From Octopus vulgaris (lineage: Eukaryota), in NCBI GenBank assembly GCA_951406725.2, contig OX597815.1, positions 76,880,001 to 76,944,000 of the forward strand: 64,000 nt of DNA, given 5' to 3'. Every line of letters starts with the position of its first letter. Position 1 is the stretch's first letter. Below the pieces are notes generated by a model, which saw only the letters and a list, made by a program, of their open reading frames with translations, was not told the origin of the DNA and made no database searches. The position numbers and the translations under genes were made by a program. Below are positions 1 through 12,844 of this stretch, piece after piece.

Positions 1-1970
1 GGAGAAGTAGTGAACATCATAGAAGCTCCTTCACAAGAAAATATAGACGCCTTCTGGAGGAAAATTTGGAGCGGAGAGATGGAGTTTAACCAAGATGCTC
101 TGTGTCTCGAAGAAATTCGAAGTTATTGTCCCTGCATTACACCCAAGACATACAGCACTGATGGTGATACCCTTGTGATTGTAATCCAGAAACTTCCGGA
201 TGGAAAAGCAGCTGGAAGAGACTTGATTGTTGTATACTGGTACAAGAAGCTAAACTTCTACCGACCATAGATTATCAACCTGTACCAGCAAACCATTATT
301 GGGAATAGTAGCATACCTGAATGGGTAGCTCTAGCAGACACAAAACGGATCTTCAAATGCAGAACCACCCACATGGCAAAAAACTACCAGCAAATTGCAT
401 CTATATATAATATATATACAGCATGTTTAAAACTTCCTCCAAGACCATTGTGAAAGCAACAACATCATCACAGGAGTACAAACAGCTGGAAAGAAGAGAG
501 TCTGGGGATGTGCCGAGCAATTGTTAATAAACAAAACTATAATGTCAGATGTGCGGGAGCATAGACGGAACCTAGTTTCAATGTGGCTATACTACAAGAA
601 AGCATTTGACTCTGTACTCCATTCATGGATGCTGGAAGTCCTTCGACTTGCTAAAGTTCTAGTGAGCATAGTCAAAGCTATAGCTGATCTGACTTCATCG
701 TGCACTACAATCTTGAAATTAAACACAAGGAGTGATTGTATTATCACTGACAGAATACAGCATCGCAGAGGCATATTCCCAGGGGACAGCCTCTCTAGGA
801 TGTTGTTTATACTTTCTGTAAACCCCTTGTCATTCATGTTTAAAAAGTCTGGAGGATATCTCATTGGTTCACAAAGGAACAGAAATACCAACATGACACA
901 CTGTTTCTTCGTGTGTAACTTGAAACTGTATGCCAAGAACATGCATATGTTAGTAGAAAGCTCTGAAATAATAGTAACATTGATCATCAAAGCAGTCTAA
1001 CATGGACCAACAACCGGATTACTGCTTCCCACTTTGAAAGGTATTTGCAATCCAGGAACAGGAAATATCAACTAAATACCTGAGGCACAAAAGGAACAGA
1101 GATGCAGGAAAGGCAGCAAAATGTGACAACCGATTCAGAATTTGTAGATTTAACACCCAAGATATCGTCCACATCATAAGCAATTATCCGAAAATGTCAT
1201 CACGGTATTATCTACCAATGAGATATGATGTTGTAGCTAGGACAGCGAATAACGAGATCCTTTGGAAGAATAAACACGAGGACAAATAAATAAGAACGTG
1301 CAGTATGGTGGAAGACATTGTCATTCATAATAAAATGAGTACGGGTGGAATGTCTCAGTGAAGATCTCAGTAAGATATAAACACAATAGACCTGACTATG
1401 GTTTCAGATACAGAAAGGAAATTGTGTACTGTTGTAGAAATCAGCTGCCAAGCAGATGTTGACATAAAGATAAAGATCAACGAAGAAGAAAATTACACTG
1501 AATTATTGAGAAATTTGCAGCTACTCTATCCAGATTACAAGTTCAGGTTTATATCTCTAATTATTGGGGCACAGAAATATGTAACACACTACTTACATAC
1601 CAATCATGAGAAATTAGGTTCTCATAAAGGAGAAAGCTAATTCGAAGACTACAGATCTAATCTATCACCGGAAGTGTAAAAGTCTGTAAAACTTTCCAAA
1701 AGTTTATCATTTAAGTATATATGAGTATCTCTAGATTTGAAACTAGTTGCATGAGAATACATGCATAAAACAAAACATACAAATCTGCACATATACATAC
1801 GTACGTACATACATACATACATACATACATACATACATACATACATACATACATACATACATACAAAAATACCATGATGATATTGTTGAAATTCCAATGA
1901 AGGAGCCTTGGATCTAGGTTAAAAGCCAGTTCTTTCTCTATTGGCAAGAAATCTTGAAATAAAACTGCAT
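1..1970 (+). mobile_element. Decayed R4/Dong-like non-LTR retrotransposon (RT + restriction-like endonuclease), truncated by window edge, with 3' UTR containing an internal (TACA)n
   Basis: Broken ORFs carry RT motifs (KAAGRD, YKKAFDSVLHSW, RRGIFPGDSLS..LF) and an RLE region (NRPD, VVEISC, IIGA). The 3' UTR (TACA)n...AAGAAATCTTGAAATAAAACTG recurs on the minus strand at 4115 and 5198. Many stops and frameshifts. Confidence 0.85.
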
Positions 1971-1987
1971 AATGACATACATAAAAG

Positions 1988-2042
<55 letters not shown>

Positions 2043-2161
2043 GTATGTGTGTGTATGTATACACACACATACACACACGCGCACACACACACATACACAC
2101 ACAACATATATATATATATATACCACCCATGCACTTTTATTGAATATGTTAAAATCCTTAC

Positions 2162-2606
2162 CTCTCGGGACTGTACGATCTTCAACTGTATCTGCAGCTG
2201 CTCTTTGTGTCGACGGATAAGCTATCTGGTCGACAGATTTGCCGAAAGCTGACCACATATTAGGCACTACACCTTCATTGATGCTTCCATTCCCGTGAAC
2301 CATAGTTTTCCTTCCTTTCTCTATCGTTCTAATTATGCTGTTCATTTTTTTATCCAGTTGATTGTAGATGGCGTGCAAATTACGTATCTTGTTTTCGAAA
2401 TTGGCCAATTCAGATTCGACTCGTGCTACTGAGTCGTACGGCATGCCGTAGCTGGAGTTTTTTAGTGAAACGTCTCTCGATCGCGACAGTTTTCTAACCG
2501 AGTCAAATAGATCTTCTTGCTTTTTTTTAATTGTTTCGATATCACCTTGTAGTCCTTTCACATTTTGCTTCATACCTACTGATGTAACACCAATCTGCTG
2601 TTGCTC
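2162..2606 (-). CDS. Internal coding exon of a host gene; coiled-coil region, probably of a fibrinogen-related (angiopoietin/scabrous-like) protein
   Basis: Minus strand shows acceptor TTCCTTTAG|GAG at 2606 (phase 0) and donor CCGAGAG|GTAAGG at 2162 (phase 1). The 445 nt are open: EQQQIGVTSVGMKQNVKGLQGDIETIKKKQEDL...VARVESELANFENKIRNLHAIYNQLDKKM...DRTVPR. Family assignment is inference from heptads plus the terminal PR-(D). Confidence 0.8.
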
Positions 2607-4114
2607 CTAAAGGAATATATAGAAAATATTTGTTACACAAAGAAGATATAAAGTTCTATTCCTATTCGGAAATCAAAAACAGAAATACATAGTGTTAGTT
2701 GTTAAGTGAACAGCAAATATGATTATATCAGTCATCATGAGGATTTTTAGGTGGGAAGGTTCAACAGTTAAGAATATCATGGACCGAAAATAGTCATCCG
2801 TTATTGAATACGCTGTTACAGTTTACAATATTTCCTTCATTCCGCCTCTCATTAAGTTTCTCAACACTCATTTTTTCCCAAATGAAACTTGAATCAATTT
2901 CATGAATGTTTCACAGATGACCAACAGATTTCCTTTCTGCAGTCAAGAAACGTCTTCTATAACCACGTTTAGGGGGAAATGATTAATATGCATTTATCGG
3001 CTGTTCTATCCTTTAAACCAACTAAGAAAACCGTCTCTATGATTTACAGCTTCATAGGAACCGCACAGTTTATCATAGCTGACTTTGCTTATATTTGGTC
3101 TGAATTTACTACTCAGTTCATTTTCCCAATTTGGGTGAAAATGTGCCGTTCAAATAACGCATAACTCCATCTACAATTTTTTTTTTCATAGTGCAGTCTC
3201 AATAAGTGCCTGCACGGTAGAAAACAAGATATTCTGTATTTCGTATATATATATTCCACAAAACTCAAAATCAGCATCACTAAAAGATACTGTTCTAAAA
3301 CCAGTTTTGATTTATCTTTAAAAAGTTTCGCTATAGCACCCAAAACTTTAAATATGTCCAAGATATGTAGCAAAAGGAATTTGACAAGAATGGAAATTTC
3401 AGTAGTTTTGGCATTTCCTCTTCTCAGGGAATAAATTGTTCTTGTCAGAGTTGGGTAAGTTCAAACTTAATCAAAACTGCTGGATATTTATATATAAAAT
3501 GTCATATAATGTTATTGAAGAAGAAAAACTGAATCCTATTAAATAGCATGCTCATTAGTTTAGCATTGTACAACAAAAGATATAAAATGTAAGTTAATGG
3601 TTTCCCTGCTGATAATTACATTCGAATATTTAATGCACAGAGCATTTTAAGAATTTGAAGCTGTCGGAAAAGTAGGTACCATTTACAAGACGAATACATT
3701 ATACTTGGCATATATGGCCTTAAGCAATTTAGAATGATTTATAGTAAATAGCGAAAGAGAACAGAAAATACATCCTCGGTTAAGAACTTCGAAGTCGATT
3801 CTCAACCAAGAAGGCATATGATGTCGTGAGTAAGAACGATTTTCACCAAAGAGCAAATATAGTTTTGTTATTAGAGAAGAACCAATTTAAAACTTGCACA
3901 TTTCTATGTTTTACGTATAGAAATTTACACACAGATGCGTGCTTTAATTCATCCAAATGCAGTCACATACATATACACACTCAGACGCGTATGCGCATGT
4001 GTATATATTTCCCTCAACTGTACTGAGTGTATTTTCCCCCTTTTGTTCGTGCTTACATGCTTGCATAGACATGCATATAATTTATATATGTGTGTGTGTG
4101 TCATTATTCTGTTG

Positions 4115-4240
4115 ACTTCAAGATTTCTCGTCAATAGAGAAAGAACCGATTTCTAACCTAGATCCAAGACTCCTTCATTGGAATTTCAACATCAACAACG
4201 GGGTATTTTTTATGTATGTATGTATGTATGTATGTATGTA
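4115..4240 (-). mobile_element. Extreme 3' tail of the same R4-like LINE, interrupted by mariner
   Basis: Reverse complement of 1850-1960 (TCAAGATTTCT...CCTAGATCCAAG.CTCCTTCATTGGAATTTCAACA...) followed by (TATG)n. Confidence 0.8.
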
Positions 4241-5186
4241 CGAGGGGTGTATGAAAAGTTTTGAGCCTAACCTAGAAACGGGGCTGCTAGGTAGCTGAAA
4301 CAATTTTTTCTGGTAAGTACAGTCTTTTCGGAGTATTCTTGCTCATTTTCATGATTCTGATATTTTAATATTTTATTTACAGATTTTTGAATAAACAAGT
4401 ATCGAGGTTACAAGGAAAATGGAGAAAACTGAGTATCGTGCTGTCATAAAGTACCTTCATTTGAAAGGCATGACTCCACCAGAGATCCATGAAGATATGA
4501 TGTGAAACTTAACAGACAATGCTCCTTCATATGCAACAGTCAAACACTGGGTAAATGAATTCCAGCGTGGCAGGGAGAGTGTGGAAGATGATCCCACACC
4601 AGGGAGGCCTCCAACTTGCAACCACCGAGGACAACATTGACCTCCAACTTGCAACCACCGAGGACAACATTGATCATCGAATATCATGTCGCCAGATAGC
4701 TGAGAGACTGGACATCTTAAATAAAAGAGCAGACAGCATTGTAACAAAAGAACTTGGGTTCTCAAAGGTTTCTGCAAGGTGGGTTCCTCGCCTTTTGACT
4801 ACTGAACAGAAACGCACTAGGTGCACTTTGTCCACGAGCAAACTGGAACTGTTTGAAGCCGATGAAAAGAATTTCCTTGCTCGTTTTACTACTATGGCCG
4901 AAAGTTGGGTTCATCACTACCAGCCTGAAACCAAAGAACAATCAAAGCAGTGGAAGCACACATTTTCTCCAACCCCAAAGAAGGCCAGGTCATTTCTTCA
5001 GCTGGCAAGGTCATGGCGTCAGTTTTTTTTAATTCTCAATGTGTCTTACTGATCGAATACCTTGATAACGTACAGCCCTGTCACGGTGTTCAGCCATCAA
5101 AGGGGACTATGTTGAAAAATACATCATCAGAAGTCTTGTACTATGTTTTGTTGTTTTGAGGCTCAAGACTTTTCAGACACCCCTCG
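4241..5186 (+). mobile_element. Tc1/mariner transposon, internally deleted, non-autonomous
   Basis: TIRs CGAGGGGTGTATGAAAAGTTTTGAGCCT and AGGCTCAAGACTTTTCAGACACCCCTCG, with TA on both sides (4239-4240, 5187-5188). Confidence 0.95.
4419..5070 (+). pseudogene. Mariner transposase pseudogene
   Basis: MEKTEYRAVIKYLHLKG HTH start, GRP motif, WVPRLL motif, first catalytic motif degraded to TMAESWVHHY. Premature TGA near 4503, frameshifts, C-terminal half missing. Confidence 0.9.
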
Positions 5187-5197
5187 TATGTCATTAA

Positions 5198-5992
5198 TCA
5201 GTTTATTTCAAGATTTCTTGCCAATAGAGAAAGAATCGGTTTCTAACCTAGATCCAAGGTTCCTTCATTGGAATTTCAACATCAACAACAGGGTATTTTT
5301 GTTTGTCTGTTTATTTGTTTGATTGTATGTATGTATGTATGTATGAATGTATGTATGTATGTATGTATATATGTATGTATGCGCAGATTTGTATGTTTTA
5401 TGTATGTATTCTCATGCATATAGTTACATATCTAGATATGCTCATATATATCTAAATGATGAACTTCTGGAAAGTTTTACAGATTTTACATTTCCAATAA
5501 TGGATTTGATGTGTAATCTTCGAATTAGTTTTCTCCTTTCTGGTTTTAAGAAACCTAATTTCTCAAGATTGTTATTTCGGCAGTGTGTTACATATCCCAG
5601 GGCTCCAATAATTACAGGTATAAACCTGAATTTGTAATCTGGATAGAGTAACTGCAGATTTCTCAATAGTTCAGCATAGGTGTTCTCTTTTTCACTCATC
5701 TTCAGCTTTATATCAACATCCGTTGAGCAGCTAATTTCCACAACTGTGAACAGTTTTTTTTTCTCTATCCCAATTCATTATATCAGATCTGTTGTGCTTA
5801 CATTTTATTGAGGTCTTCACTGGCACATTCCACCAGTATTCCTTTTTATTATCAGTGGCTATGGATTCTGCCATATTGCGGAATTATATTTCTTTGTCCT
5901 TAGGATTAACCTTCCGACGGATTTCATTATAGAGTTCCTAGCTACAACGTCATGTCTCATCGGTAGATGACATTTTTGGACAACTGCTTATG
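5198..5992 (-). mobile_element. 5'-truncated R4-like LINE copy (RLE domain + 3' UTR)
   Basis: ORF 5442-5741 (EISCSTDVDIKLK..EKENTYAELLRNLQLLYPDYKFRFIPVIIGALG) is nearly the same as 1398-1640; same 3' UTR. Confidence 0.9.
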
Positions 5993-6016
5993 GTGACATT
6001 TTCGGACAACCGCTTA

Positions 6017-6550
6017 TGTGTATGTATGTATGTATGTATGTATGTATGTATGTATGTGCAGTTTTGTATGTTTTGCCATGCATATAGTTACATATCTAGA
6101 CATGCTCATATATAATCAAATGATAAACTTCTGGAAAGTTTCACAGATTTTTACAGTTCCAGTGATGGATTGGATCTGTAGTCTTCGAATTAGCTTTCTC
6201 CTTTATTGTTTTGAGAAGCCTAATTTCTCAAGATTTGTATTTAGGCAGTGTGTTACATATCCCAGGGCTCCAATAATTACAGGTATAAACCTGAATTTGT
6301 AATCTGGATAGAGTAACTGCAGATTTCTCAATAGTTCAGCATTGGTGTTCTCTTTTTCACTGGTCTTTTGCTTTATGGGCAGCTAATTTCCACAACTATG
6401 AACAGTTTCTTTTCTCTATCCCAAATCATTATATTAGGTCTACTTTGCTTACATTCTATTGAGGTTTTCACTGGTACATTCTACAAGTATTCCTTTTATT
6501 ATAAGTGGCTATGGCTTCTACCGTATTGTGGGTTCTTATTTCTTTTATGC
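6017..6550 (-). mobile_element. Another 5'-truncated R4-like LINE copy (RLE domain)
   Basis: Direct, diverged repeat of 5345-5900. Confidence 0.85.
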
Positions 6551-6637
6551 ATGCATACATGTATATATGTATGTGTATATATGTGTATATATATATATGC
6601 ACACATAACTATATATCTATCAGTGTGTGTGCGCGCT

Positions 6638-6689
<52 letters not shown>

Positions 6690-7636
6690 GTGTGTGTGCG
6701 TGTGTGTGCGCGTGTGTTTAAGTGAATTGCTTTTCCAGCGATTTTCAGAAGGGAACAACTTTTATTTCCCCTTACATTCATCTTGAATATAATGAAGAGG
6801 GTTGTTATTGCTTATGCTCTTAGCTTCTAGCGGTTTGAGGTTTTTCTTTAGTTTTTTCTTGTCCCAGAGGGACGGCATATCTATGGGCATTGTTTTCATT
6901 AGTTTCTTTTTATCATCTTATTTTTAGGGCAGTGACCATGTGATTTTATTATGTAATTTGCTAATTTGCTTGTTATTGGTAAAATTTGCTGTAGTTTACC
7001 AGCATCGCGACGTGGTTTTAAATTTTTGCCGACTTTGGGACTCAACTTTTTTCTTCTTTTGTTTTTTTTTAAGGTTTTCCCGACACCGAACATTTCTGGT
7101 GTGAGTTCGTTTGTTTGGTGGCATTTCTGATATTTCTCAGTTCGGTTGCAATTTCTTCTGTCTAGATGTTCTAAAAGTAGTTTTGCTGAAGCTGTTTCCT
7201 ATTTTGTTACAGTTCAGTTATTCTGGTCATGATTTAGAGGTTTCACATCTTTCTTATTTTTCTAAAGTAAGGATAAACACAAGTTTATATAAAACTTCCT
7301 ACACTTGCGTTTCGCCATTATTGTTGTTTGGAACCGTGCGATAGAAATTCCAAATATATATAGGTGCTCGGCCATTACGAACCATTCCTTAGGAACTAAT
7401 GTGGTTGTGCACAAACATAATGGTGAAATGCACAGAGGAAACTTAATATAAACTTGGGTTTATAGGTATTTTAATATAAACTACTGTATAGTTAATTGAA
7501 AACTATACAGAGAACAGACTGGATTATATAAAGCTACATGGAGCACTAAGCATAACAGCAGGCGTCGTATGCCTACTTGTATCCATAATTTCTACGATAT
7601 ATGTATATATATACACACATACATACATACATACAT

Positions 7637-7739
<103 letters not shown>

Positions 7740-7784
7740 TTATATGCACACGCTTGGATACATACACATACACATGTATTTATG

Positions 7785-7825
<41 letters not shown>

Positions 7826-7975
7826 CTGTGAGAGTTAGAGGTTGAGAAACCAACCAACTAAGGGATAGCTGGTAGTGTACCCAATCATTCATATGCTGGT
7901 TACTGCGTGGCAATCTCGCAATTCAGTGTTATATATGGGCGGCGGTAAAAAGTGATTTACCCTTAATTTACCCGA

Positions 7976-8130
7976 CAAATAAGAAAATGGAGAGGATACA
8001 AAACGACATACATCAGCCGGTAGACATTCCAGTGTGTCTATTTATTTCTAATGCTTTGGAATAAATAGACACACTGGAATGTCTACCGGCTGATGTATGT
8101 CGTTTTGGATCCTCTCCATTTTCTTATTTG
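7976..8130. repeat. Long near-perfect inverted repeat (about 71-bp arms, 13-nt loop)
   Basis: 7976-8046 is the reverse complement of 8060-8130 with one visible mismatch. Confidence 0.95.
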
Positions 8131-8134
8131 CTGT

Positions 8135-8178
<44 letters not shown>

Positions 8179-8182
8179 GTGT

Positions 8183-8229
<47 letters not shown>

Positions 8230-9696
8230 CGTCTTCGATAACTAATCTTTCTAATTTAATAGGTAGGTAACACTCGTGACATTGTGTACGGTTAAACAAT
8301 CATTCCCATAATCTTATCGCAACTTTAGCAAACTAGCCACAATATATTTAATATACAGACAAATCTTTCGTCGTTCCACTTACGAAATCACCAGTTTAAC
8401 AAGACCGGTAACGGAAGTGGTGTGTTGTGGTTATTGTGAGAATGAATTGCAAGGCCACCCAGTGATGGCAAAAACACCCGCTGATGGCAAATCATTCACT
8501 GAAGACCAAGGTCATCCACATACACCACCGAAGAGGTGCACAGGCTCCGCTAGCTGTTTGTCGCGCTCTTTTAAAATCCTGGTTTGTCAGGGGACAATGA
8601 TTTAAGGGCGATTTGGCTATTGTTTCTAGTACATCAAAAGACAACCTTCTTCGTTTCTTTATCACTCTCGTATGTATTGATATTTTTCAATATTTCCCCC
8701 ATAAATACATTTACATGCTATAAAAAAAGAAAATTTGAGAAATTATGAATTTTTTACAACCCAACTCTCTGCCCCTTATTGATTCTGTTTAGAAATTAAA
8801 GTATTGGAGAGCCTGAGAACGTTATTGCGGGCATTTATCCACAGTGTTTTAAAAAAAGTTACGTAAACGATAATTCATTTTAATAGCATACTTTTCTGTT
8901 AGAAAATGTTTTTTCTTACGCACACACACGGCTTCGCATGATTGAGGCGGGGGGTAAAAAAATTAGATTACAATGTATTTTGTTGTATATATTCCACCAA
9001 TGGACCACGCGTGTATTACTTCGGCATCACCATTCCAATAAAATGTGCTTAATGGGAGAAAAGTATTGAAAAAACATCAATGCATGTGAGAGTGGAAAGG
9101 GAGGGTGGTTTGGGTTGTGCTAGACTCAACAGTGAAACCTCCCTTGAATTGTTCACCTTTTTCTCTGAAGATATTTAGAATTTGTTTTTGTTTTTTTTTT
9201 TTGTTTTTTTTTTTACCGAAAAGGCTCCTCCTATGGTTTTTAAGTTAAAATCGAAAATGGCCAAAATCGGTCCGGAAGTTATTATAACCATAACAACAAA
9301 ATAACTTTGATTTTTTTTTACAAAGCTTATACGGTTGTTAAAAAATAATTTTCTTCAATAAATAATGTTTTTACATTACGTATACCTTAATAGAGTAAAC
9401 TGTCGGTTTTCCAAATACCGAATTAAAACTTGAGACTTTGCAAATGAAAATGTTGTAATCCGTAGTGATTGTAATGAATATTTAAATTTGCGAATAATTG
9501 GACGCCGTCAAAGCAGTGAATATTTAAATTTGCGGGAAATTGAAGTTAAAAGATTCAATAAACTTAAGAAATCGAAATTATAGGAGATTTCCTACAAAGT
9601 GAATTTATAAAAATATTCCTAGAGGGTCAACCCTTTAATATTTATTGGCTAAACTGGTAACATGACCATTCCTAAATACAACAATACATACATACA

Positions 9697-9764
<68 letters not shown>

Positions 9765-9807
9765 CATATTTACATACATACATACAAAAATCATACATGA
9801 TATATAT

Positions 9808-9950
9808 ATTTACATTATTTACATTTGCCGGATAGTTGTCCTCATCTTGTTTGTTGTTAACACAACGTTTCTGCTGATATATCTTCCAGCCTTCATCAGG
9901 TGTCTTGGGGAAATTTCGAACCTGGGTTCTCATTCCTAAGATTTTTTCGA

Positions 9951-9992
<42 letters not shown>

Positions 9993-10075
9993 TATTAATT
10001 TTATTCAGGTCATTGCCTGGAATCGAACTCGGAATCTTGTGGTTAGTAGCCCGCACTCTTAACCACTACGTCATA
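9808..10075 (-). mobile_element. tRNA-headed, hammerhead-containing SINE-like element, copy A
   Basis: Minus strand reads A box (TGACGTAGTGG), B box (GAGTTCGATTCC), (AAT)n, then GACAC-CTGATGA-AGGCTG..CAGCA-GAAACGTT-GTGTT at 9859-9904, then the GTAAATAAT tail. An inverted partial copy follows at 10083-10150. Confidence 0.8.
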
Positions 10076-10185
10076 TATCCGTGGGCATATGGCGTAGTGG
10101 TTAAGAGATAAGGACAAATATCCGTCAAATGTAAATAATGTAAATAATGTACATAATTCCTCATCTCTTTAATATAGAACTGTAT

Positions 10186-10286
<101 letters not shown>

Positions 10287-11701
10287 TGTTTTATATATAT
10301 TATTTCAAGCCATATAAATGAATATTAGGACGTTAGAAATACAGGAAGCTGGAAGAGATCAAAGAGGAATCATGAGAAGAGTGTTTTAATGTGTGTGTGT
10401 GTGTGTGCGTTCGTACATGCGAGCATGCGTGAGTTTTTGTATGCTACTAAATTGCTAATTGTGTGTCTGTTACTGATGGAGTTCTTTGCATCTGCGTATA
10501 TATGTATTTGAATGTTAAATGTATACGTGCGATTGCATGTGTATTATCCGTTTTTGCTACAAAGTGGAAGATTAGTATCAAGAAACTGGAATAATACATC
10601 GTCACTGAGTCACCCAATTTTCACGGGTAGTGTTTACTTTTGGCAATCTCGTCTGTGAGACAGGCAATGATTTGTATTGTCTTCATTTTGTATGAGCTAT
10701 TAGCCAATAACGTTAATTTAATAATACTGAGTGTATATCACATTTAGAATGCATATCCCAAATTATTTTATAGTGAATTTGTTATCTGAGAAAATAGAAG
10801 TTTCCAAACATTTCATTTGTCTCCTGCCACGATGAATATATTTCATTATTTTATTCAATGCTTGAATAGAGAAAGTAATCTGATTAGGATACCCAGGTAA
10901 CATTATCGTTTAGAAATTTCCTATTCACATCGAAACTCGCCCTAATGGAATCTGTACATAACAAAAGGTCGGATTTGTTAGAAAATATGTGCTTTAAAAA
11001 TAGCACAATATAAAAGAGATGATTTCTTTTTCATAATTGCCAACCTGCAAGCCGATTAAAATTCAAAATGTATTATGCTATTGAAGTGTAAGTTTCAGCT
11101 GTTTAGTTTGTGTTTATAAATATCCTCTGTAACTCTTGGTATTAGTTTCTAATTTTTTTTACTATTTTCTGTAAATTCGGTTGTCAATATTAGCTCAATG
11201 CCGACGCTAAGAATGTGTTTAATTAGAAAAATAAAATTAATGAACTTCAATTGTACTCTGAGAAAACTAATTAAAACCATAAAAATGGTTTTTAAAATGG
11301 TATAAAAGATTTACATGGTTTAGATAGTTTAATATGAAGTTCTTTATAGTATTAACTGCAACATTAAAACCTTTGCTAAAAACTGCGTGCTTAGAATTGC
11401 TTCAATTCCTGCTAGAGTCAACTTTTCATTTCTTCCTTTCTGGGTCGATAAGATAATGTGCTAGACAAATACTGGATTTAATCGCATCGGGTAATCCCTA
11501 CCTTAACATTGTTGGCCTTGTGCCCAGATCAGAAACCTTAATTTCCATCTTTTTTTTTTAAACTCGAGTTAAAACTCATAAGGACAACAACAGACTGTCT
11601 TTTATTCCAAGGACCAAATTAGAGGAAAGACATTATAAATGAGGACGGCTAATCATACTAAGCCAAATATCTCACAATGTTATTATCAAATATTAAAAAA
11701 A

Positions 11702-11918
11702 AGGCAACGAGCGGGCAGAATCGTTAGTACGTCGGGCGAAATGCTTAGCAACATTTGGTCCGTTTTAACGTTCTGAGTTCAAATTCCGCTGAGCTAGACT
11801 TTGTCTTTCATCCTTTCGGAGTCAATAAATTAAATACCGGCCAAATACTGGAATCGATGTGATCAACTTACCCCATCCCCCAAAATTTCAGGTTTTGTGC
11901 TTATAGTAGAAATGATTA
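11702..11918 (+). mobile_element. tRNA-derived SINE with Nin/Deu-like core
   Basis: AGGCAACGAGCGGGCAGAATCGTTAG...GAGTTCAAATTCCGC...CTTTCATCCTTTCGGAGTCAATAAA; many related copies in the window. Confidence 0.8.
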
Positions 11919-12809
11919 TCAAATATATAAATAAGACATTGCAAATATTGGACTTATAATGTGCCAAAATGTATATTTTATGCATAACTAAAACAATACC
12001 GACTAATTTATGTAAGAATTATATTTTAAACATACTTTTAAAAAGCACTGTGGGGTTCACATTAGCCGAATCTGCGACAGTTTTTGTATGTGGTTGTATA
12101 AATGTCATTCCACTTACTCTGCTTATAATATTGGAAAATATGAATGTCATACTTTTTAATTTATGCATCCTCTAAAGTACAAAGGCCATTTATGTCAGGT
12201 ATGAAAAGAATAAATGATAATGTCAACAAAGCATCCTATATCGGTCATTCGGTCTGCAAGAAATGACAGCTATATCTCACATCCTACATTCTTAAAGTAA
12301 GGATACTTTCGAAAATATAATCCGAAATATATCAAAAACTAGATAGTAACAACTGGAACGTCTTTCCTCGTGTGTCTGCTCAAGCAAGGTTAACTTAGCA
12401 ATAAATTGTAACAAACTGCATTTTAGAGAAAATTAACAGTCATAAATAAATAACTGAAAAACATACTAAAAACAATATATTCAAAAGAAAATCATATGAA
12501 ATGTATATTCTTACTTAGAATAATTTTACACATTAGTAATGGAATTTTACCGCAGTTATGTATATGTTAAGGCTAAGAGATTTGGCTTCAGCTAGACATC
12601 AAAAATGGTTTGCCGACTTGATTCACTACAAGCTTGTATCAGCCTCACGCATCTGGACTTCCAAACATATATTGGTGTATTAGTAAAAAACAAAAAGAAA
12701 CAAAGAATATTTTTAAAAATAAAACATTGTTTTAGAGATATGTGGGACATTGCATGAATAACAATTTTCAGATCATTATAAGCGCACCACCGCCCCCACA
12801 CACATCTAC

Positions 12810-12844
<35 letters not shown>

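Noticed and set aside
1649-2252. ORFs with MYVC, THTH, YIYI or LSIY repeats here and throughout the window
   Set aside because: They are translations of (TACA)n, (CA)n, (TA)n and (TATC)n microsatellites.
1938-2573. 211-aa ORF as a complete gene
   Set aside because: The C-terminal part reads through a strong GTAAG donor into microsatellite; the real unit is exon 2162-2606.
8378-8420. Minus-strand GTAAGT donor beside an ETS-like CGGAAGT motif (possible 5' UTR exon)
   Set aside because: Short motifs expected by chance in 64 kb; no other support.
12510-12750. Signal-peptide/LRR-like reading on the minus strand (MSHISLKQCFIFKNILCFFLFF...NSITNV)
   Set aside because: Four in-frame stops before the candidate donor in both haplotype copies; hydrophobicity is explained by T-rich composition.
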